From positions 186,001-250,000 of the forward strand of contig NW_027277693.1 of the NCBI RefSeq assembly GCF_030028105.1: a stretch of DNA of 64,000 bases. Direction: 5' to 3'. Below are positions 42,101 to 49,944 of the stretch, piece by piece. The position numbers and the translations under genes are program-made. This DNA is from Mobula birostris. Its lineage: Eukaryota. Under the pieces are notes generated by a model. The model worked only from the letters and a program-made list of their open reading frames with translations. It ran no database searches and had not been told where the DNA came from. Positions within the stretch are counted from its first letter, which is position 1; every line of letters starts with the position of its first letter.

Positions 42101-45100
42101 GAGGGAGCCCAAGTGTGTGTCCCGGACAACGTTGCATCAGAATACCTGGTAGATTGCCCCACTGATGTTTGTGGGAGCTCGTTGTGCACCAATACACATC
42201 TCCCATCACAATAACAACCTCTGTCCCCTCGACAGATACAACTGGGCAGGACATTATCATCTTCAGAAAGCCATTTCATCAGTGCATGTCCCTGATTTAT
42301 AAATGAATCAATCACAAGGAACACACACAGTGTTAGTGTGCTCCTCAGGTAGGGAAGAGCCAGCAGAGATCAGAAGCCCCAAAAGGGAAGGGTTTTCATG
42401 GAAATGTTATCAGTCAGTGACTTCACCTGTGCTAGAAGAAATAAACAGGTAGACTATTTTCTAACTTGCGAGAAAATTCAAAAATCTGAGGACTTAGGAG
42501 TCCTTGTGCAGGTTAATTTGCAGCTTGAGTCATTGGTGAGGAAGGCAGGTACAATGTTAGCATTCATTTCAAGAGGACTAGAATATAAAAGCAAGGATGT
42601 AATGTTGAGGCTTTATAGAGCATTGATGAGGCCTCACTTGAAGAATTGAGTGATTTCGGCCCCTTTTATAAGAAGGGATGTGCTGACATTGCAGAGGACA
42701 TTCATGAAAACAATTCCAGGATTGAAAGGCTTGTCATATGAAGAGTGTTGATGGCTCTGGGTCTGAACTTATTGGAATTCAAAAGAACGAGAGGTGACCT
42801 CATTGAAACCTACAGAATGTTAAAAGACCTTGATTGAGTCGATGTGGAGAGTATGTGTCCTCTGGTGGGGGAGTCTAAAACCAGAGGACACAGCCACAAA
42901 ATTGAGGGAATGGAGATGAGGAGAAATTTCTTTATCCAGAGAGTGGTGAATCTGTGGAATTCATTGTCACAGGTGGCTGTGGAGGCCAAATCATTGGGTA
43001 TATTTAAGGTTCTTGATTAGTCAGGGCATGAAGAGATACCGGGAGATGGCAGGAAATTGGAGCTGAGAGAAAGAATGGATCAGCATGATAAAATGGTGGA
43101 GCAGATTTGATGGGCCAAATGGCCTAATTCTGCTCCTATATCTCATGGTCTTATTAATTATTTACCTGTGACCCAGTGAAAGGCATTCTTAATATCCAGA
43201 ATTTCATGAGACACTTTGTAGACAAAGAGAACACAGGGAACCTCTGGCTCTTCACAATGGGAGATGTCCAGCTCCTTCACAATCTTCTTATGGATCTCTC
43301 CCCGACCGTAACATTGCACTGTGAAACACAGAGTGTGAGTTCATCTCCCAGTCTCAGTGTGTCACCCAGAGATGCACCCGGTCTCACTTCTCCCACATGA
43401 GGGGTAGGATGTTACAGACAGGTAGATGATAGTGTAGTGGGGTAGACGGAGGATAGTGGGGATAGTGGAAAGTGTGGGGGCAGGAGGGAATGGTAGAGAT
43501 TGGGATGGAGAGGTGAGGAGCGTGGGGATGGAGGGATGGGGGTGGTGAGGGCAGTATCCCCCATCCCTTTCCCCACTGTCACTCACCTAACACTCTCTCC
43601 ACAAACTCTACGTCCACACTAGACCGGATAATTTTGAAAATGCCGGTTTCGCGTAAAAACCACAGGCGTCACACTAGGCATTTTTAAAAATACTTCTGTC
43701 CACATTAAAACAGATATTTGGGTGAATCTCTTCCTACTAGGCATGCGCAGGACACACAGAAAACAAGCGAAGAGGAAACGGAGACACGAGGAAATCTGCA
43801 GATGCTGGAAATTCAAGCAACACACACAAAAAATGCTGGTGAACGCAGCAGGTCGGGCAGCATCTATAGGAAGAGATACTGTCGACGTTTTGGGCCTGAC
43901 CTGCTGCGGTCACCAGCATTTTTTGAAGAGGAAACGGTATACTTGGTGCGCGTTTGTCTAGTTACAGACTAGAAAAACCCGTTACCCATACACACTACGC
44001 CGGATATTAGTCGCTTTCAGATTTATTCACTCTGGAGAGCAAATCTGAAAATCTCCACACTAGACCAGATAAATCCGTAACCGAAGATTTTTCTCTTCGT
44101 TTTGACACTGAAATGGCGTTTTCCTCCCGCGAAAACGGAGATGTTCAGAAACACTCTCCAGAGTGAATAAATCTGAAAACGCCTTACATCCGGTGTAGTG
44201 TGTACGGAGTAACTGGATATTTTTAAAACCGCTGTCATGACGTGCCGGAACAAATGGTGGCGGCAGCGCGGCATTTCATTGTTTTCCAGAACGCAACCTC
44301 CAATACCACAACAATATGACAATGGATGTGTAACAGCCTAATGTAACATTGTATGGAAATACAAGATAACACTGATGCTTTATTAATGTATTGTTTGTGC
44401 AAACATTCAATAGATGCAATTGTCACTTTTGCCCAGTAATTCGTTTTATTGCACGTGTTAAATACAGCAAAATAAAACACAAAGACATGGCAACAGTAAA
44501 GGGAAACAAATGAGGGACAGCAAATTTCACTTTTGCCCAGTAACAAGCCTTATTGTATTTAGTTGTAGCTGTCGTCCCTTTCACCGAAGAGACTATGGCT
44601 ATAGGAAATGTTTCTGGACAAAGGCGCAGCAAGTCTTTTGTTTGGCAATTTCCTTTTGAGTTTTTCTAGTCTGTAACTGGACAAACGCGCAACAAGTACT
44701 GTATCCCGGTTCCTCTTCGCTTGTTTGCTGTAGCCTGCGCATGCCCAGTAGGAGAAGATTCGCCCAAATAGACCGGATAATTTTGAAAACGCCGGTTTCG
44801 AGTAAAAACGACAGGCGTCCACATTACGCGTTCTTCAAAATACCTCCGTTTTCATTAAAACGGATATTTGGGCGAATCTACTCCTACTGGGCATGCGCAG
44901 ACACATCCGCAGAAAACAAGCGAAGAGGAAAAGGTGTAATATTTACGTTTCCGCGGCAGCGTTGTGCTATTTCCATAGAATAAAGCTAGAGTACCAACAA
45001 CAACAGCGAAAGAAAGTTTTCAACAATGTCTTCGAGGAATACTAAGAAAACCTCCGCTGGAAAAATCAGACCGGACTTCTTCGTTTAGACAGACAATGAA

Positions 45101-45987
45101 GACGAGCTGTTTCTGCGAGTTACAAACGACTACAAAGTCAGCAAAGCAGTAGAGATATTTAATTCCAAACAAACTATTAACGTAGACAATAAAGTAAACA
45201 ACACACGCATGAAGCCGTCCTCTATCCAAGATCAACAAGAGATTCGAATCTTCTGCCGCCAGACCTGCGCAGTAATGACACTAATAGTTTTAAAGATAGA
45301 CTCAATCAAATCAATTTGGGGGATCTAGTCAAAAAAGCTCACTCTACAATTTAAGTCTCACGCCGTTCACGCGACTGTGCGTTATGACAGCCGTCCGGCA
45401 GTGCTTGCGCAGTACCAAGCAGAAGCAGAAAAAACATTGTTGTTGTGGTGTTGTCATTATAGCGTTTGTAGATATCTCCATTATCCCGTCCTCACTACAA
45501 CGCGAAACAATCGTTTTCAAATTTACACCCTCTGGAGAGTGTTTTCGAAAATCTCCGTTTTCGGGGGATGAAAACGCCGTTTCAGTGTGGACGGAGAGTC
45601 AAAACGAAGAGAAAAAGCTTCGTTTTCAAATTTATCCGGCGTAGTGAGGTCGCTTAATGTGGACAGAGGTATTTTTTTAAAACGCCTAGTGTGGACTCCT
45701 GTCGTTTTTACGCGAAACCGGCGTTTTCAAAATTATCTGGTCTTGTGAGGACGGAGCCTCATCAGTCAAAGTCCTCTCCCTCTGTCAAATATCCCTATCT
45801 CGCCCCGTCCCATTTCCATCACACCGCCCTCCCTCTGCTTCCCCGAACGCCTCTCCCTCACCCCACCCGACCTCTCTTCCTGTCCCTCCGCCTTGTTCTC
45901 CCACATTCACCAACTCCTCCTTCCCCTCACCCGCCGCCCTGTCACCCCCACAAATCACCCTCACCCACCGTTGCACCGAATCCCCAT
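1..45987 (-). CDS. Multi-exon IFI44/IFI44L-like gene model (3' end runs off window): start exon, 3 copies of a two-exon alpha/beta domain, many linker exons, then P-loop GTPase-like domain
   Basis: Chain of AG/GT-bounded exons, all phase 1-1 until exon 237-282 (phase 1-2), which joins exon 1-154 in frame. Connectivity is inferred from phase compatibility; there is no transcript evidence. Confidence 0.7.
237..282 (-). CDS. 46-nt connector exon (EFSEDGCFHSPTMDKR), phase 1 to 2
   Basis: tttcacattgcatttcag|AG...AAACG|gtaggt; joins exon 1-154 in frame. Confidence 0.7.
573..680. repeat. ~108-bp dispersed repeat; inverted copy at 63892-64000
   Basis: cctttgctgtcatccagattcagcgactccacccaggg...aggaaacatg matches the reverse complement of the window end. 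Confidence 0.8.
706..923 (-). mobile_element. tRNA-derived SINE
   Basis: Minus strand GGCCAGCTGGTGGCGCAGTG (A box) and GAGTTCGAACCC (B box). Absent at paralogous empty sites near 6090, 15185 and 23310 (cccaaattaaacac). Confidence 0.75.
1197..1322 (-). pseudogene. Linker exon copy with mutated donor (AACG|atgaga instead of gtgaga)
   Basis: Open frame GSSEDPQGSETPSLCSEQLDHLTFSSCTQEKSEKSSVNLQCN; acceptor cactag intact; donor GT changed to AT. Confidence 0.6.
1962..2213 (-). CDS. Domain copy 1, exon B (GGGRARKEDTCAVILLQK...GLFHEGTAVHRVLW...HSSP), 252 nt, phase 1-1
   Basis: gtgttgcag|GA ... CCCG|gtgggt; open frame conserved in three paralogous copies. Confidence 0.8.
2870..3022 (-). CDS. Domain copy 1, exon A (VQCYGRGSVHEEIVKKLNINQCERPRIPCVLFVYNVSHEIEDFRNALQWVT), 153 nt, phase 1-1
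   Basis: tgtgttttacag|TG ... ACAG|gtagat; conserved in three copies. Confidence 0.8.
3524..3568 (-). CDS. Possible 45-nt mini-exon (GWMWLCISGPDASTD), phase 1-1
   Basis: tccctgtag|GT...GATG|gtattc; paralog at 20762-20806 is also open; donor is weak. Confidence 0.35.
3630..6090 (-). mobile_element. Mosaic of old degraded CR1 LINE fragments (duplicated at ~12840-15190 and ~20870-23310)
   Basis: Remnant CR1 ORF2 motifs: EDWKEAHV..LF.K, SVVGKL, ISKSVDDAKL. Confidence 0.7.
6341..12327 (+). mobile_element. Full-length but decayed LINE-1 (ORF1 ~6478-7300; ORF2 EN-RT-CCHC ~8010-11970; A-rich tail)
   Basis: ORF1 coiled coil plus DLESRNRR and RVHR..KPRPVI; ORF2 YAPN, GGDFN, KAPGPDG, YRPISLLNVDFKILSKI. 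Many stops and frameshifts. Tail AATAAAAAGATTAATAAAGAAAGAAA; diverged TSD gaaggagtct / gaggaagtct. Confidence 0.92.
10219..10410. mobile_element. Penelope-derived palindromic short element inserted in LINE-1 ORF2, with hammerhead motif at 10303-10340 (+)
   Basis: Inverted arms (caagcaacacac..gttgctggtgaacgcagcaggccaggcagc / gctgcctggcctgctgtgttcaccagcaac..gtgtgttgcttg) around CTGACGA-AGGG..CCT-GAAACGTC. Confidence 0.7.
15463..15588 (-). CDS. Linker exon, 126 nt, phase 1-1 (VSSEDPQGSETPSLYSEQPDHQTSSTCTQEKSEKSSEKLQCN)
   Basis: gtgcaccag|TG ... TGTAACG|gtgaga; open frame. Confidence 0.65.
16585..16620 (-). ncRNA. Minimal (Penelope-type) hammerhead ribozyme motif, sense to the host pre-mRNA
   Basis: AGUC-CUGACGA-AGGGUCUCGGCCU-GAAA-CGUU-GACU. 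Confidence 0.6.
16958..18491 (+). mobile_element. 5'-truncated I/Nimb-clade LINE: RNase H domain plus C-terminal CCHC; (GACA)n tail
   Basis: ORF 16971-18197 has IYTDG, ICSDSSS, FLWVPAHVGVKGNERVD, RLRLGH, CEECQEEESVEHVVLCC. The empty site is visible at ~40055-40080. Confidence 0.85.
18248..18392. other. Assembly gap (Ns)
   Basis: Run of n. Confidence 1.
18834..18950 (-). CDS. Linker exon type 2, 117 nt, phase 1-1 (VQDDSLPGDEPSVVNEQLDCSISSGWSQRKRSRNSEKCN)
   Basis: ttccagtag|TG (NAGNAG) ... TGTAACG|gtgaga; paralog at 40409-40525. Confidence 0.65.
19198..19449 (-). CDS. Domain copy 2, exon B, 252 nt, phase 1-1
   Basis: gtgttacag|GA ... CCCG|gtgggt; GGGRVLKEDICAVILLQK...GLFHEGTAVHRVLW. Confidence 0.8.
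20106..20258 (-). CDS. Domain copy 2, exon A, 153 nt, phase 1-1
   Basis: ttttacag|TG ... ACAG|gtagat; VQCYGRGSVHEEIVKQLNINKCERPRIPSVLFVYNVSHETEDFQNALQWVT. Confidence 0.8.
20762..20806 (-). CDS. Possible 45-nt mini-exon (DWMLLCICGPDASRD)
   Basis: tccctgtag|AT...GATG|gtattc; paralog of 3524-3568. Confidence 0.35.
23589..23714 (-). pseudogene. Array linker exon with in-frame TAG (23626-23628)
   Basis: CAC GAG changed to CAC TAG; splice sites intact (cactag| ... AACG|gtaaga). Confidence 0.6.
24965..25090 (-). CDS. Array linker exon (GSSKDPKGTETSSLSSEQTDNLTSSTDTHEKSEKNAEQLQCN)
   Basis: gtgcactag|GG...AACG|gtgaga, 126 nt, open. Confidence 0.55.
26340..26465 (-). CDS. Array linker exon
   Basis: Same splice sites, open frame. 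Confidence 0.55.
27716..27841 (-). CDS. Array linker exon
   Basis: Same splice sites, open frame. Confidence 0.55.
29091..29216 (-). CDS. Array linker exon
   Basis: Same splice sites, open frame. Confidence 0.55.
30466..30591 (-). CDS. Array linker exon
   Basis: Same splice sites, open frame. Confidence 0.55.
31842..31967 (-). CDS. Array linker exon (E>K variant)
   Basis: Same splice sites, open frame. Confidence 0.55.
33217..33342 (-). CDS. Array linker exon
   Basis: Same splice sites, open frame. Confidence 0.55.
34592..34717 (-). CDS. Array linker exon (acceptor variant cagtag, NAGNAG)
   Basis: Open frame; both AGs preserve phase 1. Confidence 0.55.
35968..36093 (-). CDS. Array linker exon (E>K variant)
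   Basis: Same splice sites, open frame. Confidence 0.55.
37342..37467 (-). pseudogene. Array linker exon with in-frame TAG (37379-37381)
   Basis: Same GAG>TAG change as the 23589 copy; splice sites intact. Confidence 0.6.
38718..38843 (-). CDS. Array linker exon (S>I variant), first in transcription order
   Basis: Same splice sites, open frame. Confidence 0.55.
40409..40525 (-). CDS. Linker exon type 2, 117 nt (GRGDNAPDDETSVVNELLDCSIPSGWSQRKRGRNSEKCN)
   Basis: gttttccagtag|GG ... TGTAACG|gtgaga. Confidence 0.65.
40933..40968 (+). ncRNA. Minimal (Penelope-type) hammerhead ribozyme motif within a short repeat (~40923-41030)
   Basis: AGUC-CUGACGA-AGGGUCUCGGCCU-GAAA-CGUC^GACU; stem I AGUC/GACU; palindromic ACGU stem III. 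Confidence 0.65.
41195..41320 (-). CDS. Divergent linker exon, 126 nt, phase 1-1 (GWSEDLQGGKTLSVSNERSASRSSSIWSPETNGSSSEKLNCN)
   Basis: gtgcaatag|GG ... TGTAACG|gtgaga; length, frame and splice sites preserved despite strong divergence from the array exons. Confidence 0.7.
41572..41820 (-). CDS. Domain copy 3, exon B, 249 nt, phase 1-1
   Basis: gtgtttcag|GA ... TCCG|gtgggt; GGGLVQKEDICAVILLQKSTAVREEKITKNSGLFHEGTKVFRVFW; one codon shorter than copies 1 and 2. Confidence 0.8.
42434..43152 (+). mobile_element. CR1 LINE 3' fragment in the A3-B3 intron
   Basis: MLAFISRGLEYKSKDVMLRLYRALMRPHL, QRVVNLWNSL, CR1-type 3' UTR ending ctatatctcatggtctta. Confidence 0.85.
43166..43318 (-). CDS. Domain copy 3, exon A, 153 nt (VQCYGRGEIHKKIVKELDISHCEEPEVPCVLFVYKVSHEILDIKNAFHWVT)
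   Basis: tgtgtttcacag|TG ... ACAG|gtaaat; not in the ORF track in this frame, translated by hand. Confidence 0.8.
43608..45758. mobile_element. Non-autonomous PIF/Harbinger composite DNA transposon
   Basis: ~100-bp TIRs (ctacgtccacactagaccggataattttgaaaa.gccggtttcgcgtaaaaa, inverted at 45660-45758), an internal third end at ~44770, and a Myb/SANT-like ORF relic at 45026-45157 (DFFV*TDNEDELFLRVTNDYKVSKAVE). Confidence 0.75.
45969..45987 (-). CDS. Putative first coding exon (MGIRCN, phase-1 donor)
   Basis: caggATGG strong Kozak; TGCAACG|gtgggt donor; adjacent to a CpG-rich promoter-like region; in frame with exon A3. Confidence 0.55.
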
Positions 45988-45989
45988 CC

Positions 45990-46220
45990 TGCACGTATTT
46001 CTCCCACTTTCTGATCAGTCATTTCCGTGTTTACGCACACGAGGGCGGGGCCTTCCACCATACTCCAATTCTATTCGTCTGAGAAGCTGGCAGTCAGCGC
46101 GACAACTCTCTGTGAATGGATAGCAACACTTTGAAACTCCACCGACTGTCATTGGTCGAGCCGACCGCCTGTCATGGCGTAGAGGCGGGATCTGGGTTAC
46201 AGCCCCGCCCCCTGGCGCCG
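45990..46220 (-). promoter_or_regulatory. Putative promoter: GC boxes, CCAAT boxes, ETS core, IRF-like GAAAGTG
   Basis: gggcgggg 46043-46050, gccccgcccc ~46202, CCAAT 46065 and ATTGG 46151, CGGAAAT (minus) 46021-46027, AGAAAGTGGGAGAAA (minus) ~45998-46012; locally CpG-rich. Confidence 0.45.
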
Positions 46221-46409
46221 AGGTGTTCTATTGCAGGGGCGCAGGATGGAGCTGGATGGAGAACGGCTGAAGCTCCAACTGCTGGGCCGGAGTTACGAGT
46301 ACGCTGCTGGCTGTGGGGTGTTGTGGGGGGCATTCTGTGGGAATATTGACCGACGGCCTCTATAGGTCCGGAACGATATTCGTACACGGTCCCTTGCAAA
46401 CTCTGATAG

Positions 46410-46640
46410 AATGGCAGGGAGGGAGACTAATGGTGACGGCAATAGCACGGAGTGTGGGTGGGGAGAGGGACTGAGAACAGGAAGGTGAAGGGTCGGAAGA
46501 AAAAGAAAGGAGGTGTGTCTAGTGTAGGCGGATCGGAAAGTGAGGGAGGTGAAGTTGAGGAGGAGGGCCCGAGGGCAAAATTGCTAAATGTAGTGGTAAG
46601 ATTTGAGCGGGAAGAGGGAGTAAAGAAAATCGATCCTTGA
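46410..46640 (+). mobile_element. 5' fragment of I/Nimb-clade LINE ORF1
   Basis: KVKGRKKKKGG..SESEG..LNVVVRFEREEGVKKIDP resembles fish Nimb-type ORF1 N-termini (recalled resemblance, not searched). Confidence 0.45.
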
Positions 46641-46889
46641 GTGGGGATGGACGAATGAACAAGGCATGTGGTATGTGGAGTTGTGGGTGGTAGGTGCAGG
46701 CGAAGGAAGGGTGTAGACAGCAGTAACCTGTGTTGTTCATCCATGTGTTGAACTGTAGGGGGAGGAGGGCAGAGGGGAGGTGTTGGCGCTGAGGGAGCAT
46801 TGGGTGCCTTGGTACCTGGGCTGGTGTGCAGAGGGGGTGTGACAGGAGGGCAACTGTCAAACCTATTGAAGAAATGGTGCATCTCTACT

Positions 46890-47225
46890 GTGCATCTGCA
46901 GAGGGACGTGAGTATAGATGTGCACAGACCAGCTCTCTTCAGCCGCTCAGAAAGTGGAGACATTGGTGAGCTTTCCTGTGGAGGATGTGTTCTGGGACCA
47001 TGTGAGATGTGCATTCCCAGGACTCTGAAACTGCTCAAGTTTCTGCCAGAGTGTCACTGATATAAAGAGGGTGTGAGTTCTCCTCAATAACCATCTCTTT
47101 TGTCTTGTTGACATTGATGAAGAGGTTATTTGCCTGGCACCAGGCCTTGAGCTCTTCCACCTCCTCTCTGTAGGCCATCTCATTGTTGTTGGTGATGAGC
47201 CCCACCACTGTCATATCATCTGATT
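46890..47225 (-). mobile_element. Rex1/L2-like LINE RT 3' fragment
   Basis: DDMTVVGLITNNNEMAYREEVEELKAWCQANNL..NVNKTKEMV-type motif. Confidence 0.65.
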
Positions 47226-47619
47226 TGGGTCAGAACTGATCTCTGCTTGTCTTCATTCCTCTGCTGTCACCTTTCTCCATCTTCACTGCTTCTCCAGCCA
47301 TCAAGTGTTCACTTTCCCCTCCACTTTATACTTCCCCCTCCCCAATACAGTCTCCACATGCAGACTTTCACTACCCTCTGCCTAAAGAAGTTCTGACACA
47401 TCAGTTTGAAACCACCAGCCCATTATCTTTAGTTATTTCCCTTGTTCCAGACCCTGATGAAATCATCCAAAATCTCCCCTGTCAAAACAGTCTTAGACCT
47501 TTGAATAAGGTCACTCCTCATTCTTCTAAAGTCTAAGCAATGCAGACACAAACTGTTTAGTCTTTCTTGACAGCACAGCTTTTGCCAATCTGGTGATCCC
47601 AAACCAGAAACCATCGGAT

Positions 47620-49630
47620 AACCTCAAGATCTATTACACACTAAAAACTGGTGACCCTGACCTTGACAAGAAACCAAGATACAACCTCAGGAAAGTAATC
47701 AGCGATGCCGTGAGACAACACCAGTGTAACATCAAGTTCCAACATGATGTCTGTTATGTCAAGGCTTACATGCAAGAACAGACTTCAAAATGAACTTGGG
47801 CAGCATCGTGTCAAGAGCACATCGATTCCAGATGAGTTTTTCGTGTCCATCCACACTTTGAACAGAAATCACCACCCAACCAACAGACTCCAGAGTATCT
47901 GAATCTACAGTCACCATTGTAAACGTAAGATCAGTATTCAGGAGGGTGAACTCACGGAAAGCATCCGGCCTGGATGGTTTTCCTGCCCATATCCTGAGAT
48001 CATGTGGGGATCAGCTGGCAGGGTTATTTGGAGGTACTTTTATCCACTTCCTGCTGCAATTTGATGTTTTCACCAACTCTAGGAAGACCACTGCATACTG
48101 GTACCGAAGAAAAACAAGGTAATGTGCCCCTTATCGATTACCGCCCAGTAGCTCTGACATTATCATGATGAAGTGATTCGAGGTGTTGGTCATGGATCAG
48201 TCTAATCTAGTTTTCCAGACAATCTCAACCAATATTGATTTGCCTACCACTGCAATATATCCATATGTATAAGTCAACACCCCCTCCAACCTCCTCCCCC
48301 CATTCTATACTCAATTCAGGGGCATTTTAACAGTACAGACACCCATGCCAGACTGTTGTTTGTTGTCTACCATTCTGCCTTCAGTGCCAGAATTCCAAAC
48401 AAACTCATCACCAAACTCAGGGATCTGGGAATCAATGCCTCCCTCAGAAACTGGATCTTCGACTTCCTGACCAACAGACCACACACAGGAAGGACAGGCA
48501 GCAACACAAACACCACGATTATTAAGAACATTGATTCTTCACAAGGTTGCATGCTCAGCCCCCTACTCTACCCTGTTCACCTTTGGGACTGTCATCTAGT
48601 GCCTCTGACATCCACCATTATGAGGTGTTTCAAGAGGTTTGTCATGACGCACATTAACTCCAGCCTCCTAGACAACCTCAACCCACTGCAATTCACCTAC
48701 CACCATGTTCTCTGGTAACCACCATCTCCCTGGTCCTGTACTCATCCCTGGAGCACTGGGACAGTGAGAACACCAACTTTAAAGATTGGTTGTCATTTCA
48801 GCTCTGTGCTCAATACCATAATTCAAAGCAAACTCATCTCCAAACTCCTAGAGCTGGGAATCAACACCTCCGTTGGATCGGTGACTTTCTAACCAACAGA
48901 TCACAATCAATAGGGACAGGCCCATTTGGTGACTTTCTAACCAACAGGCACAATCAATAGGGATTGTCTCACCTCTGCCACGATTATTCGCAAAACTGAT
49001 GGTCCAAAAGACTGGGTCCACAGCCCCACACACCACTCCCTGTACACTCATGTCTGTGTGGCCAGATTCTGCTCTATCTCCATCTACAAGTTTGTAGATG
49101 AACTTAGTGAGTTGTATGTAAAATCACAACGAGTTGGAGTACAGGAAGGAGATAGAGTACCCAGTGACAAGGTGTCATGATAACAACCCTTTCCCTCGAT
49201 GCTAACAAAATGAAAGAGCTGGTGACTGATTAAAGAAAGAGGAGCAGTGTACATGTTCCTGTCTACATCAATGATACTGATGTTCAGAGATTCAAGTTAC
49301 CAGGATTAAACATCACCTATACCCTGTCATAGTCCACCTACATCATCATCACGTCAAAGAAAGCTCTCAAATGCCTGTAATTCCTCAGGAGGTGGAACTG
49401 GCTCACAGCGTGCCCTCAATCCTCATGAATTTTTATCTATGCACCATAGAAAGTATCCTATCTAGACTCACCACGGCTTGGTATGGCAACTGCTCTGCCT
49501 AAGAAACAAGAAACAGCAGAGAACTGAGGACAAAGCTCAGCACATCACGGAACACAAACTCCTCTTTCTGAACTTAGTCAATATTTCTTGCTGCCTCAGT
49601 AAAATATCCAGCAGAATCAAAGACATGAAT
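47620..49630 (+). mobile_element. Degraded Rex1/Babar/L2-type LINE RT region with internal duplications
   Basis: KASGLDG, DYRPVALT, LFV.YHSAF, WIFDFLTNRP, QGCMLSPLLY, YKFVD. Confidence 0.7.
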
Positions 49631-49944
49631 ATGCACATGTCAACTAATTACTATTTCATTGTGATGGTATTTAACTCCATTCTTTTCAATGTAGCGCTTA
49701 TCGAGATTTGAGCAAAGCACAGCAATGTTTCACTGTCTGCTTGCATTCAGCCTTGCCTGGGAAATTGGACTGTCAAGTCAACTGACTCTGAATACTAGCG
49801 GTAATCATTTATAATTAGTTGTTTCTTTCCGCTGCAGTGTTGGCTTTGCTTTCTATTTGAGAGTTTTAGTTAATGGCCCTGTTTGGCCGAGTGTTTATTG
49901 TTTTCTTTACCATCTAACTCTGTTGTAGGGGACAAGCTACAGAC

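Noticed and set aside
43581-43607. Perfect donor TTAG|gtgagt as an extra exon disrupted by the Harbinger
   Set aside because: The reconstructed pre-insertion exon would be phase 0-1, incompatible with the phase-1 start exon, and has a purine-rich acceptor.
45969-45987. N-myristoylation signal MGIRCN
   Set aside because: Gly2 and Cys5 are suggestive, but position 6 is Asn rather than Ser/Thr; too weak to claim.
46427-47038. 203-aa Pro-rich minus ORF
   Set aside because: Read-through of a Rex/L2 relic into the antisense of a purine-rich Nimb fragment; low complexity.
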